Origin: Psammoneis japonica
Lineage: Eukaryota
Reading direction: 5' to 3'
Assembly: GCA_008632985.1 (NCBI GenBank)
Contig: QPGO01000198.1
Location: 62,001-126,000, forward strand
DNA: 64,000 nucleotides
Position numbers and translations under genes: made by a program. The first letter of the stretch is position 1. Each line of letters begins with the position of its first letter. Shown one piece after another: positions 23,987-35,009 of this stretch. Under the pieces are notes generated by a model. That model searched no databases. It was not told where the DNA came from and was given only the letters and a program-made list of their open reading frames with translations.

Positions 23987-24709
23987 TTGTTTCTATGAAG
24001 AGCTGTGTGTTCGGAGAGACGGATGCTGAGCAATGGATGCTGTCGATGGTTTGTTTTCTAACTTTTGTTGCCCTTTCAAGTGATCCCGGTATGGTTGAAG
24101 CGATGCACGCTACAGTGAAGTGGTCGAATGCACAACGAGTTTGGCTCGTTATTTGCAATTGACAGCTGCGGATGGACACGAAAGTCTTCGAGACGAAGCC
24201 ATTTTTGATTGCCCACAAGCTTCCAAAAAGAAGATGCCGAACTACGCGTTGTTTGCGTGACGATCTTGTACACGTGTGGCTTTTGCGGGACGCTCTAGTG
24301 TGACGGCATAAAGAACTTTGCAAGTTACCTTCATCAAAATGCAAGTACGACTTTACTGGAGGCGTCAAATAATTTACTGTTTACAAAAAAAGGTCCAGTG
24401 TAACGTTTGCGCCTCAGTGTGCTACAATGGTTGTCCTCCTCTGCGATACTTGGCGATACACAGTAAATCTGGTACTCTGTAACTTTTATCCAGCTCATTC
24501 AAGTTGAAACGATCTACTCGACACTGTCAACAAAGGCGTCTATATCAGCGCTGCCTAAACTAGGGATGACGCCCGAAAGCCTTCAACTGTATTTTGTTTC
24601 TTCAAACTGTTGTCCGTGCCTTGCGTCTTTCCTAGAAACGTCATCTAGAGTCATGGCGCAGGAACGAAAGAAACAAGCAGTGTGTGAAGTTTACTGAAAA
24701 CTGCCACAT

Positions 24710-25987
24710 TCAACAGCATGCAAGACAATAGCGAGAATAATGTCTCACCTCTAGAGCAAGTAGATAGTTGTTGGTATCTTGTGCGGTCTGAGCATTGTCG
24801 TCGTTACCCTGTTGCTCTTCATAAATAACGAGCGGAGAGGAGCCTTTCCCCAAAACAACGAAAGGTTCGCCTCCATGGATACATGACGCGCCAAGTAGGC
24901 AAGTCCAAAGATGATGAGGTAAATGACATGGAATATGTTTCGTCAAGGGACCAATCATTTGCATCCGTGGATGACTTGCGCAAAGCTCGCGATTCTTCCG
25001 TCTCTACAAAGGGCTCTCCCATTTTAGGCGGACTCGTCCCGGTGGAGTTGCAATTATGTTGTACATTGCAGTCTTTAGCGGAAATGAAATATGAGGCAGT
25101 TGGCCTCTTCCTGTTCCATTTTCACCACCAAAGGAGTAGTCCAGGCTAGGGCCAATATATCGGACGAGAAGCTTTAGCAAAACATTGGCAAGACCTCGGG
25201 TCAACATGCTGCATTGAAAATCCCGTTCGGCAAGCTCTCCGCCACAGTATATTGTTCCTTTGGTTTCCTTTTGAATTTGCCTTGAAGCTGAATTTCAAAC
25301 TTTTTGATTGAAAACGGCGCGTGAAAGAATGAGAAATGCTTTCTTGCAAGAGACGAGACGAGAAACACAACACGACCAAAAACTCACCCTCTCCTTATTT
25401 TCTGTATCTTTGTTTTGCGGGCGCAAGTGAATTAGAATTCTACCGGAAAAGAAATCGTTTTCAATTGGTATCGGCTCACGAGAATTCAACTTGAAATTTT
25501 CGCAATTGTCGTTGAGTAGTCTCAGCTCTAACGACGGAAATTCGTCGTGGATGACTTTACGTGATTCTGTGCGCTGCTCCACACGACCCTTTTCATCTCG
25601 TTGTTCATCATCTCCGAAACCAAACCTTTGAGCCACTGGGAGCCAAGACTCGTTCTTCCACATGCTATAACTTATATAATCATCTAGCATGTGTTGAATG
25701 TCCCCAATTGTTCCTTGTTCCTGAACACCTGAAACACTGCTCTCGTGTGCTTCCATCATGGTGGTTTTCGATCGTCTTGCTTCATCATCTGCGAGCTTGC
25801 AAGCAGCAACGACCAATGCGGTAGCAGCTGCTGCAGCACCCTTCATCGGAGAAGATTTCCAGGGTGTAGTGGGATTGATCGACGAGGAAAAGATTCGCTT
25901 TGAACCATCATTGGAGAGCTTGCTGAACACAGGTTGTTTGGCGCGTAGAATGCTCCTTGTCGCGTTTCTGCAACAACTGATCATCAT
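24710..25987 (-). CDS. DUF1769-family protein (intron near 25330-25387; frameshifts; 3' end approximate)
   Basis: NSREPIPIENDFFSGRILIHLRP, FEIQLQGKFKRKP, YSFG...PHISFPL and YSMSF...LDLPTW motifs. Confidence 0.72.
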
Positions 25988-26348
25988 AATGTTATATGCC
26001 ACGAGACAAAACGATTTGGAAAGAGGTTGTCGCAACACACTTTGTGGTTCTTCAGAACAACAATGGGAAAGACACAAGAAGCAGTCAACCCGCTGACTGT
26101 GTGGTCTTCTGACGTCGTCTGGCGAAAACAATGAGTGAGTCGTGAGTCATTCTTGAGTCGTGAGATTGCAGTCGAACAAGTCCTATTTAGCGCTATCACG
26201 AGCTCCGCGCTCCGCATCTGCGTTCGCTCGCAAGCAGAATTCAAACTTGCTGATGCAGGCTGGCTCGCTGTGATGATTTCGATTGCATCGCGTTGCGTTG
26301 AAAGTTGAAAGGCTTGCCTCAAAAGCCCATGACAACAACAAACACATC

Positions 26349-29289
26349 ATGAAGTTATCATTGGAACAAGAGCATGTCTTGCAACTGACAAAGGCTTGTA
26401 CGCCTCATCTGGATGACAATTATTTGGTTCGCGTGACAGCGGCGGCGGGTACAGGTAAAACCACAACCTTATTGGCACTCGCCGAAAAATGCGCTCAACT
26501 CGGCCACAGTCACTTGACCTATGTGACCTTTTCCAAGTCGGCAACGACCGATGGAAAACGACGTATTGAAGAACGACTTGCAACCTTGAAATGGAAAAAC
26601 CGCCTATCGTGGAAGCACATACGCTCCATGCGTGTGCCAAGCGATTGCTGTCAAACAATAACGAAACGAAACCGCAGAAAAAGAAAATTCTTACACACCA
26701 TGATGATGGACGACGAAGGCGTGAAAAAGTTTATTCAAGAACGCTTTGCAGACGATATCGACAGCTTCTTTGAGGTAGCTCGACTCGAAATTACCAAGAC
26801 GCATCGTTCCAGAGAAAAGGCATTGGGCGCGATTGCTCGAGCCGAGCGTCAGGTGGTGTTTTTCATCTTCAAGACGCTTACGCAATTTTGCAGACACAAA
26901 ATGTCGCTGGAAGAATTCAAAGACGCTAGCAACAAGTGGCGTCATTACTATCCGGCACAGAGATACCACGAAGAAGACACGGACTGTTGTTTTCCTCCTG
27001 GTTACTATAACAGCCGTGTGGGTTGGTATGCCGACACGGCGTGCAAAGCGTGGGAGGCACTCGCTCCGTATGCGTCTTTTGATTTGGAGATGAAACGGGC
27101 TCAGTTGCAAGGATTCGTATATCTGGATCTGTCTTGTTGGTGGATGAGTCGCAAGATATGGACGCCTGTCAAGTCGATTGGGTCTCCAAGCAAGTCTCCC
27201 ATGGTACTCACGTATATCTCGTGGGCGATGAAGCTCAAACCATTTACGGTTTTCGAGGTGCCAAATCCAAATTCATGATGGATCTCAGTGGCACCATGTG
27301 CAAACTGACCAAGTGTTGGAGGTTTGGACCGGAAATTGCAGCCGTTGCCAATGTCGTGCTGTTTGCGAAACGGGTCTCGCCACAAACCAACAGACCAACT
27401 CCCATCTGGAATCCCTACACGGTCGTGGGATGTGCCGCCAACGGACAAGTTACGAGTCGATCCATCTTGGCACAATGGCAAGACACGCCCGTGACGCTGA
27501 TTGCTCGTGCCAATACAACTCTCTTGGAAAAGGCAGTGTCATTGTTGGGCATGACGGCTCCCAGAGATGATGGTGAAGATGAAGACAGCAGCCAAGAACC
27601 CGTCGAGCAACCTGACTTGTCGGGAATAGACGTGATTCCGCCCGACTCTCAAGATGATCTTCAATCTCAAGACAACGTTTTGTCTCAAGATACGACCAAC
27701 TCCGTTAATAACGGCGATGGTATTGTCGGAAACGGACAAGGATTGCCATTGCAGCCCGCTCCTCCAGACGAGGACGACTCTGAACCTCGGGTCGTTACCC
27801 AAAGCCAAGAAGATTCCGATATGACTCCCATTGCACGATTACCGAAAATACACATTAACGGCAAGGGCGAGAACTCGGGTAAGTTATCTTGTTGTGACTG
27901 CTGTAGAATGTGTTGGATATGCAATCTAACGTGTTGTGTGTTTTGCGCAATAGGTATGAGAAAATGGAAGACGACCGTCAAGGAGATTCAGGAAGTGTAC
28001 GTGAACTCGCTCTTGAAATGTAGGCCTTACTTCTCCTCCTTTTGTCATTGTCCTTAAACCTGCTCCCGTTCTATGTTATTGTTCAGATTTGATTTGTACA
28101 AGAGTGAAGTACCCATGGCGTTGCCCGTAACCAAGTTTCGTGAGTTTCGTGGTGAACCATTGACTTGGAACTCCTTTTGTAACGAGGTGGATAAGAAGGA
28201 GCTGATGAAGTATGCATCCACCATTCACATTGTGGCAACATTTGGAGACAGGACCATGGAAGCCATTCGTCTTTTCGAACGAGAAGTCATGGACAAAAAG
28301 TACCCCGCCGAGGAGGCTGATGTGGTTCTCACGACAACACACGCAGCCAAGGGCATGGAATGGGACCATGTTCAAGTGTGCAACGACTTTTTGAAACTCT
28401 GCAGTGTTCGTTGCGACGGTCCGCCCGTCAAGCAGAGAGATGGCAAATCGACACGTCCCACCTGGCAATTTCATTTTCAGAGTTACGGGGATGAGGTCAA
28501 CATTCTATATGTGGCCTGTACACGCGCACGAAAGCTCCTATCCATCCCACCGGCCATGAAGGACCTTCTCTCGACGTGTGATCTGATTCATACAACCATT
28601 CGACGCCGACACTTGTACAAGGTAGATGGAAAGAAATGCAGCAACATGGCCGTATTTGGACAGGACAAGCCCCTTTCGGTGTCGAGTCTTTGTGACTTGT
28701 ATCAGGATATCGTTGTGCCGTTGCGAAGGCAACACAACTAGAAGTAAAACAGAGCCTACTTTGGACGCTAGTCTCACCAACAGATGACGACGATGTCGAG
28801 AAGGAAGAGGAGTTGCCAGGAGACGACGAGCTTTATGAATACTTTTATGCACCCGTCGAGAAAGCAACAGCAGCAGCGGTGGAAGAACCCAAAGAGGAGC
28901 CAGACTGCAAAAAGCCAAAAGAGGAGATCCCTGTTGCCGTGCAAGTTTTGACAGCAGCCAAGGCATCTGCGAGCCACGCCAGCAAGAGTTGTCCCCGGCC
29001 ATATGACAAGAAGGAATCTTCTCCAAACGGTGCCGCCACGTGTCGTCAGTGCCGAAACAAAATCAGCATTGGCGAGACTCGCATTGGGATTCAAGTTTAC
29101 AAGCCTGATAAGGTTGCCTGGTGGGCCAGCTATTTTCACGAAGCTTGCTGCCCCAAAGAAGTGATACGAGAGCTCAGGTTGGCACCTCCCGGAAAGGCCA
29201 GTCACAAAAGGAAGAGATACAGCAACAAGAAGAGCGGGTACTCGAACTGGTCAAAGAAGCGATACTCCGGACGTTACAGGAGATACTGA
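26349..29289 (+). CDS. UvrD/REP (FBH1-like) SF1 helicase with C-terminal PARP-type zinc finger; introns near 27879-27952 and 27997-28087; frameshifts
   Basis: AAAGTGKTT, LVDESQD, VGDEAQTIYGFRGA, LTKCWRFG, TTHAAKGMEW and YVACTRAR. Then CRQC...RIG...W..YFHEAC. Confidence 0.85.
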
Positions 29290-29378
29290 ATGAACGAAGG
29301 AGGGATGGAAGTGGGGATAAGCATTTGTTATGTATGAATAAATTTGTTCTAAGTTCTGTACAAGAATCTTCTTTCGAC

Positions 29379-30050
29379 CTACCAACCACAGATCGTTTGG
29401 TCTACGTCATTGAGCACGCTGATATCGATTCCCATGTCCGTGGCCATTTGTTGAACCTTTTTAATAAGGTCGTTGTTCCTTTTGAAATCTCGTAGAAAGA
29501 TCCAAAGACCCGATCCGTTGTTGGTGTCAGCTCTCGTCTGGCAGAGTCCATTTGTGGTGGGAATGTTTGGTTGACCCCCACTCACCAAAGCGTAGCCTTC
29601 CTCCTCATTGTGCAACAAGACCCAATACGGTCCCGCAAAGAAACTGGGAAGCCATCGTGGACTCACTTGCAATTTGGCGGGATCGCCACTTCCGTCTTGC
29701 CTGGCTCCCAATGTACCACCAATTGAGTTTTGCCCCGTGCTATCCGTAGCTCGGTTGTTCACCTCCACCGTGTAACCCCACGGAAACGTTGCCCTATTCA
29801 AGACCGTATAGTCGGCTGTAACGCAATAGTTGCGATCCTCTGGTAAATAACGAGTCACAGCTTGCTGATGGACATACCAAGTCTTGGAAGCGTACAATTT
29901 CATATCAAAGTTGGCTTGTGTGGAGACTGGTTTGCACTGTTGAAGCTCACGATGCTCTTGTGGTTCGTCAGCGCCTCGGAGCTGTTGAGAACAGGTACCA
30001 GAGGCACTCAGTAAGAGTGTAAGGCATGCAACGATATTGGAAGACTTCAT
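29379..30050 (-). CDS. Secreted lipocalin (ApoD / VDE-lipocalin-like)
   Basis: Signal peptide, NFDM..YAS.TWYV, CVTADY, AGPYWV and GLWIFLR. Confidence 0.85.
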   Translation of the reverse strand: MKSSNIVACLTLLLSASGTCSQQLRGADEPQEHRELQQCKPVSTQANFDMKLYASKTWYVHQQAVTRYLPEDRNYCVTADYTVLNRATFPWGYTVEVNNRATDSTGQNSIGGTLGARQDGSGDPAKLQVSPRWLPSFFAGPYWVLLHNEEEGYALVSGGQPNIPTTNGLCQTRADTNNGSGLWIFLRDFKRNNDLIKKVQQMATDMGIDISVLNDVDQTICGW

Positions 30051-30486
30051 GATGTGTTGATAGAACAGCAAGGAAAGAAATAATGTGATGGATTGGAACG
30101 AGACGGCTGCTTTTCTCGTGTTGTTTTTGACGAACCAGCTCAGCACAGCCTAACGGAAGTTTGAATCCCGTCAATCAATCGTGTCACATATCATCGGATG
30201 AGTCACACGTAGAATCCCACGAGAAGCTTTGGTACGAATTTCGAATGACGTGGGTGGCGGCAGGGTGGCGGAAGAGACGTGGCGAAAGAAACGAAGTGCG
30301 CATTACCAACGCGCGATTGGTCATCATCACTTTTGGTCACACGCCACTCACGGGATTTCCACGACCCACGACCAACCACGTCGCGTCTTCGGGCATTTAC
30401 GAACACAAACTCTCATGTTGCGCCGAGAAGAAGTGAAGTTTGTAGTCTATCCACCAAGCATGATGCAATAACAGCTATTGGCAAAT

Positions 30487-31419
30487 ATGTCGAGAAGAAT
30501 ACGAAAAGCCTTGATAAAGGGCGTTTCGCTTCGTCGTCGCAGCAGACACAACAGCAGTAATGATCAAAACGTGGATTACTTGTCCATGGCGCATCCGCCC
30601 ATTCATCAGCCCAATTGTTCCGAGATTCGCATGGTACAAATGCACTTGCGGGATGATCGCATTCTAGATATTGCCATATCGTTGAGGAACAATAGATGTG
30701 TCCGAGTGTTGAATCTGCACAACAACCATTGTGGCGACGACGGTGCGTTTGCGCTGAGCATGAGCTTTCGCGAAAACTCTGTGTTGCAACGCGTCATGTT
30801 GTCGAAAAACGAAATTGGTGTTTCGGGTATTGCCGCTTTGGCGGATTCCCTGTCTTTCGAGGATTCTTCCATCACGGCATTGGGTCTTCAAGAAAATGCC
30901 CTTGGTAACGCCGCAGCCAAAGCCATGGCGTCGTGTATCGCCAAGAATACGAGTTTGGTGGAGTTGTTTTTGCACAATAATCATATTGAAGACGAGGGCG
31001 CCATGCATTTGGGAAAAGCATTGAAGGAGAATTCAACATTGCGAGTATTGGATTTGAGTGACAATTGTATTGGAAACAACGGGATCCGGGCCTTGTGCGC
31101 AGCACTCAAGCACAATACGACTCTGAAACACTTGTTTCTCGGCGACAATCGGTTCTCCGAACAAGGTCACGCCGAGCTCGTGTCGTTGGTTCGGTCGAAT
31201 GCAACACTGGAACTAGTGGATGCAAGATACAACAATCGCAATCACCAAAATTCAGTTCTTTCTCATTATCTTCAACTCAACCAATGTGGTCGTTCGCTTG
31301 TACGGGATCAAGACTTGCATCGAGGTATTTTGGCCCACGTGTTGGCCAAGGTGTCCGACAAGCATGATGTGATCTTTGGACTCGTTTCAGAATTGCCACA
31401 CTTGTGGGTATCTAGTTAG
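30487..31419 (+). CDS. RNI-like leucine-rich repeat protein (NLRC3-like)
   Basis: Intact ORF with 28-aa LxLxxNxIGxxGAxxL repeats. Confidence 0.9.
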   Translation: MSRRIRKALIKGVSLRRRSRHNSSNDQNVDYLSMAHPPIHQPNCSEIRMVQMHLRDDRILDIAISLRNNRCVRVLNLHNNHCGDDGAFALSMSFRENSVLQRVMLSKNEIGVSGIAALADSLSFEDSSITALGLQENALGNAAAKAMASCIAKNTSLVELFLHNNHIEDEGAMHLGKALKENSTLRVLDLSDNCIGNNGIRALCAALKHNTTLKHLFLGDNRFSEQGHAELVSLVRSNATLELVDARYNNRNHQNSVLSHYLQLNQCGRSLVRDQDLHRGILAHVLAKVSDKHDVIFGLVSELPHLWVSS

Positions 31420-31955
31420 AGAGTCCAAACTACGGAACAGTGAAAAAAAAACTGATTGTCCAAAAATTGTGAGCTCATATTTTAACATTTACCTAATCTT
31501 CCAACTTGTATCAATGCGACTGTGTTTATGCATTTTCAACAGTGCTTGTTTACCTTCATGGGAGGCTCTCTGATGAAACAAGTTTGAAGTAGGCCACAAC
31601 GCTGCTTGCAATATAAAAAGCAGTCTCAGTCTGTATTATCTGCATGCAAACACTTCCCTCGACACACAAGAGACATACGACCAACAAAAGCCTCAGGAAG
31701 GAGAAATAGATGACACTGGGAATATGAAAACCGATACGGTGGGTGACGGCAATGAAGAAGGTGACTGTAACGCAGGATATATGGAACAGCTAGTTATGAA
31801 CTACTGAGCAAAAGCTCGCATTGAATTTTGTATTGGAACATAAACACTATAAACAAAGCTAGAGTGAATCCCAAATTCTACCAAAACCAGCCGCCATGTA
31901 AGACCCCGAGACAGACCGTCAAAGCTGAGTGATCGACATGTACTGTACAAACTTT

Positions 31956-34168
31956 TTAGTTTGAAGGGACGCAACCACCTTGTCCACCTAGCCATTGGCA
32001 ACCTGCATCCCTGCATGTTCCACCCCGCAACGGAGCACAATTCACAGCTACAGGCGCAGGAGTCGGAGAAGGTGTAGGAGAACGAGTCGGCGTCGGCGTC
32101 GGGCCCTTCGTAGGAGATGACGTCGGGGATTCACTCGGAGATGACGTCGGTGGAGGGGAAGGAGTCGGCGACGAGGTTGGCGCCGCTGATGGAGATGACG
32201 ACGGGGATCCACTCGGAGAAGCCGTCGGCGGAGGGGAAGGAGTCGGCGGCGAGCTTGGCGCCGCTGATGGAGACGACGACGGGGATCCAGTTGGAGAAGA
32301 CGTCGGTGGAGGGGAAGGAGTCGGCGGCGAGCTTGGCGCCGCTGATGGAGACGACGAAGGGGATCCAGTTGGAGAATCCGTTGGTGGAGGGGAAGGTGTC
32401 GGTGAATCCGTCGGAGAGGGAGTTGGGGATTCCGTTGGAGATGCAGTAAAACCTTGAACAGTTACCGACGCTATTGCCGGAGTGCTGCTTAGGTTGATGC
32501 TGTTCACGGTAACGGTGACATCTGTTCCACTTCCATCAAAATTCGGGATCACATACTGCCCACCAGCACTCAACTTGGCTACAAGAAGAGACTTGTCGTA
32601 CAAAAGGCCTTCTCTTCCGGTTTCCACAATCATGACCTGGTTTCCGCCTTCTTTCGTGTCCGAGTTGTAGCTAGCCTTTCGGTTGAACATGACAAACAAA
32701 TCATCTTCACTCGTGGCGGTCCTGTTGATCTTGAGGACAATCATTTTGTCGCTTGCCGAGTTCTCGTAGTCGACTGACCCAATCATATCACCGGTCCAGC
32801 CCGCAGTAAGCGGATTGATCGCTACGTGGCGGTCAGAAAACCAACCGACTGTGCATGATGCGAAAAAGAAGGTAAAAGAGAGATTATTGTTGAGAGTAAA
32901 TATTTCACAAACAATGAGAACACTTGCCAAATGATGTAGACTTACGCTGCCACATTTTTGCTGCGTTGAAACACATTTTTGGGGTCTCGCTACTCGAATA
33001 GGAGTACCCCATCATTCCACTCTGGTCCGCGTACTGCTGTGATCCTTCACCGCTGTGTGCCAGGTTAATATTATGTCCAAGCTCATGCATTTGAGCGGAA
33101 ACGTAATTGCACCATTGGTTGGAATAGACAGAGTTCCACGAGTTAATGTAGGCATACGCAATCCCACTCATAGTACCTGAAGGGAGGCAATACATGGCTG
33201 AAACACAAGAAAAGAAGTGAGTTTAACAACAAGAACAAGATCAATCTCTTTTTGTGTGTTGGGCATTTAATTCCACGAATCAAGAGACTCGAAATGAACA
33301 AGGAGTCAAAAAGACGTACCATAATTTGCCAAACTGTTGGGTGAAAGTCCGTATTGGTTCTGGATCGCACTTGTAATGGCGTTTCTCATGACTCCATCGC
33401 CTTCGGTAGTAGCAACGTTTACCGTCACCTCGATGACCCCATCTGTAGCAAAAGGCGCTGGCTCGAACATAAGCTGATTATGCGAACAGGCAGCGTACTG
33501 CGATTTGAGGTTCACCTGGTCGCCAGAGGTGCCAAAAACAAAGTTGCTGATGGCAGCAGTAGAGCTACTTGTTGAACCGTCAGTGGCAATCACACGTACA
33601 GCAAAAACCGTCCAATTACCTGTCCGAAGTCGGCGACCGCCTTGAGCAGCCTCGCGACGACGACGGCCGTACGCAGGTGGGACTCCCGGAGGAACTTTCG
33701 CCTTGGCCTTGCCCTTGTCGATCTTGGTTCCGGGCACAAAGATTGTGGACTCTCCGGAGATAAGCCTCTGCCCGAAGTTATCCTTGGCGTTACGTGGAAG
33801 GTTCAGGCCGTCCAGCTCCATAATGATGCCTTCAACGCCATCAGCGTCCTGAGGATCGAGCTCGCAATCCCAAGCAAAGTCGGGCAAACTCGGGTCAGGA
33901 ATTTCACGATGAATCTCCTTCAACAACATAGTGCAAGGCAATGTCTGATCCTGAAAGGGTGGACCACGAAGGTTAAAGACGTTGCTCTGTAGTGTAGCGA
34001 TCGGGAGAGCAGCAACGGCGTGAGAATACAAAATGACCGTTACCGTGGCTAAGAAAGAGCGCAACGAAGCTCAGCACAAAACGAGTTTCAGCTGCTTACC
34101 GCTGCTGAGCTTCCATGGTAACCCAACTTCAAGGCCGCAGCGAGAGAGATCGCAAGAAACGCTTTCAT
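31956..34168 (-). CDS. Gametolysin / peptidase M11 metalloprotease with Pro/Ser/Thr mucin-like tail (4 exons)
   Basis: Signal peptide exon 34168-34100, intron 34099-33987, HELGHNINLAHSG zinc motif, SGMMGYSY Met-turn and CFNAAK.W. Confidence 0.9.
32060..32450 (-). repeat. Coding tandem repeat, about 78 bp (26 aa) unit x3 plus PT repeats
   Basis: GSPSSSPSAAPSSPPTPSPPPT.SP. repeated. Confidence 0.9.
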
Positions 34169-35009
34169 GTTTTCAACAACAACTTGCAATCAATCAACCA
34201 ATTTCGAGAAATTGTGCCACCACCGTTGACAAAAAAAGCCAATGCGCCCAATAGGCGAGCTCACAACGTGGCAGACGCGGTGTTCATCCTGCACGCACCC
34301 GTAGATTCAGTACGGAGCTTTTCGTTGAAGGAATGTCCTTGTAGCTTGCTGTATTGATTCTACACAACGTCTATGACTCCACCATGATCAACTGCGACTT
34401 TGAGACATTGTGTTATGTATGCAGTTGTCAACGACAATGACCATGACCCGCATATCTTGATAACGAAAAGTCATTGGGTTCAAATAATGACACAAATTTT
34501 ACACAAAGCTTTTATGTACTGTAAATCCCTTTCGACATTATTTATGAGCAGTCTTGTCCCAGAGCACGACACATAGGCCCTAAACTTCATTTTTTCTTAA
34601 TTTCGGATTCAGTACTTATGTAACACCACCACACGAACAAAGTCAGAGAGTTGCCACGATGACCATGACCAGCATTTTCGAATCAGCCAAACGATCACAG
34701 TAGAAATCTAGAGATTGGTAGTATAAACATCAAAAGTCATTGGATTCAAAAACACATTTATTTTGGACAAAGCATTTATGCCTCAGAATGAAAGTCATTA
34801 CGATTGACAAGCTTCCCATTTATGCCGGTAAAGAGGAATGTGTGCCAGAACTGTCATCATAAACCTCAAACCTCCTGCTTCCGCGCGGTAAAGAGGAATG
34901 TTGTACTCTAGCTAGGAACTGTTAGGACCCCATTTCTGCACATCATTCAGGGTTAGTCTTGTCGACTTTTAGCAGGACAAATCGTAGAAGGAATCTGTAG
35001 AACAGACAA

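Noticed and set aside
34430..34905. Short local duplications (GACCATGACC, AAAGTCATT, GGTAAAGAGGAATGT)
   Set aside because: Too short and irregular to define an element.
34903..34916. CTAGCTAG near block edges (also near 49036) as Helitron 3' ends
   Set aside because: No convincing subterminal hairpin or matching 5' TC end was found.
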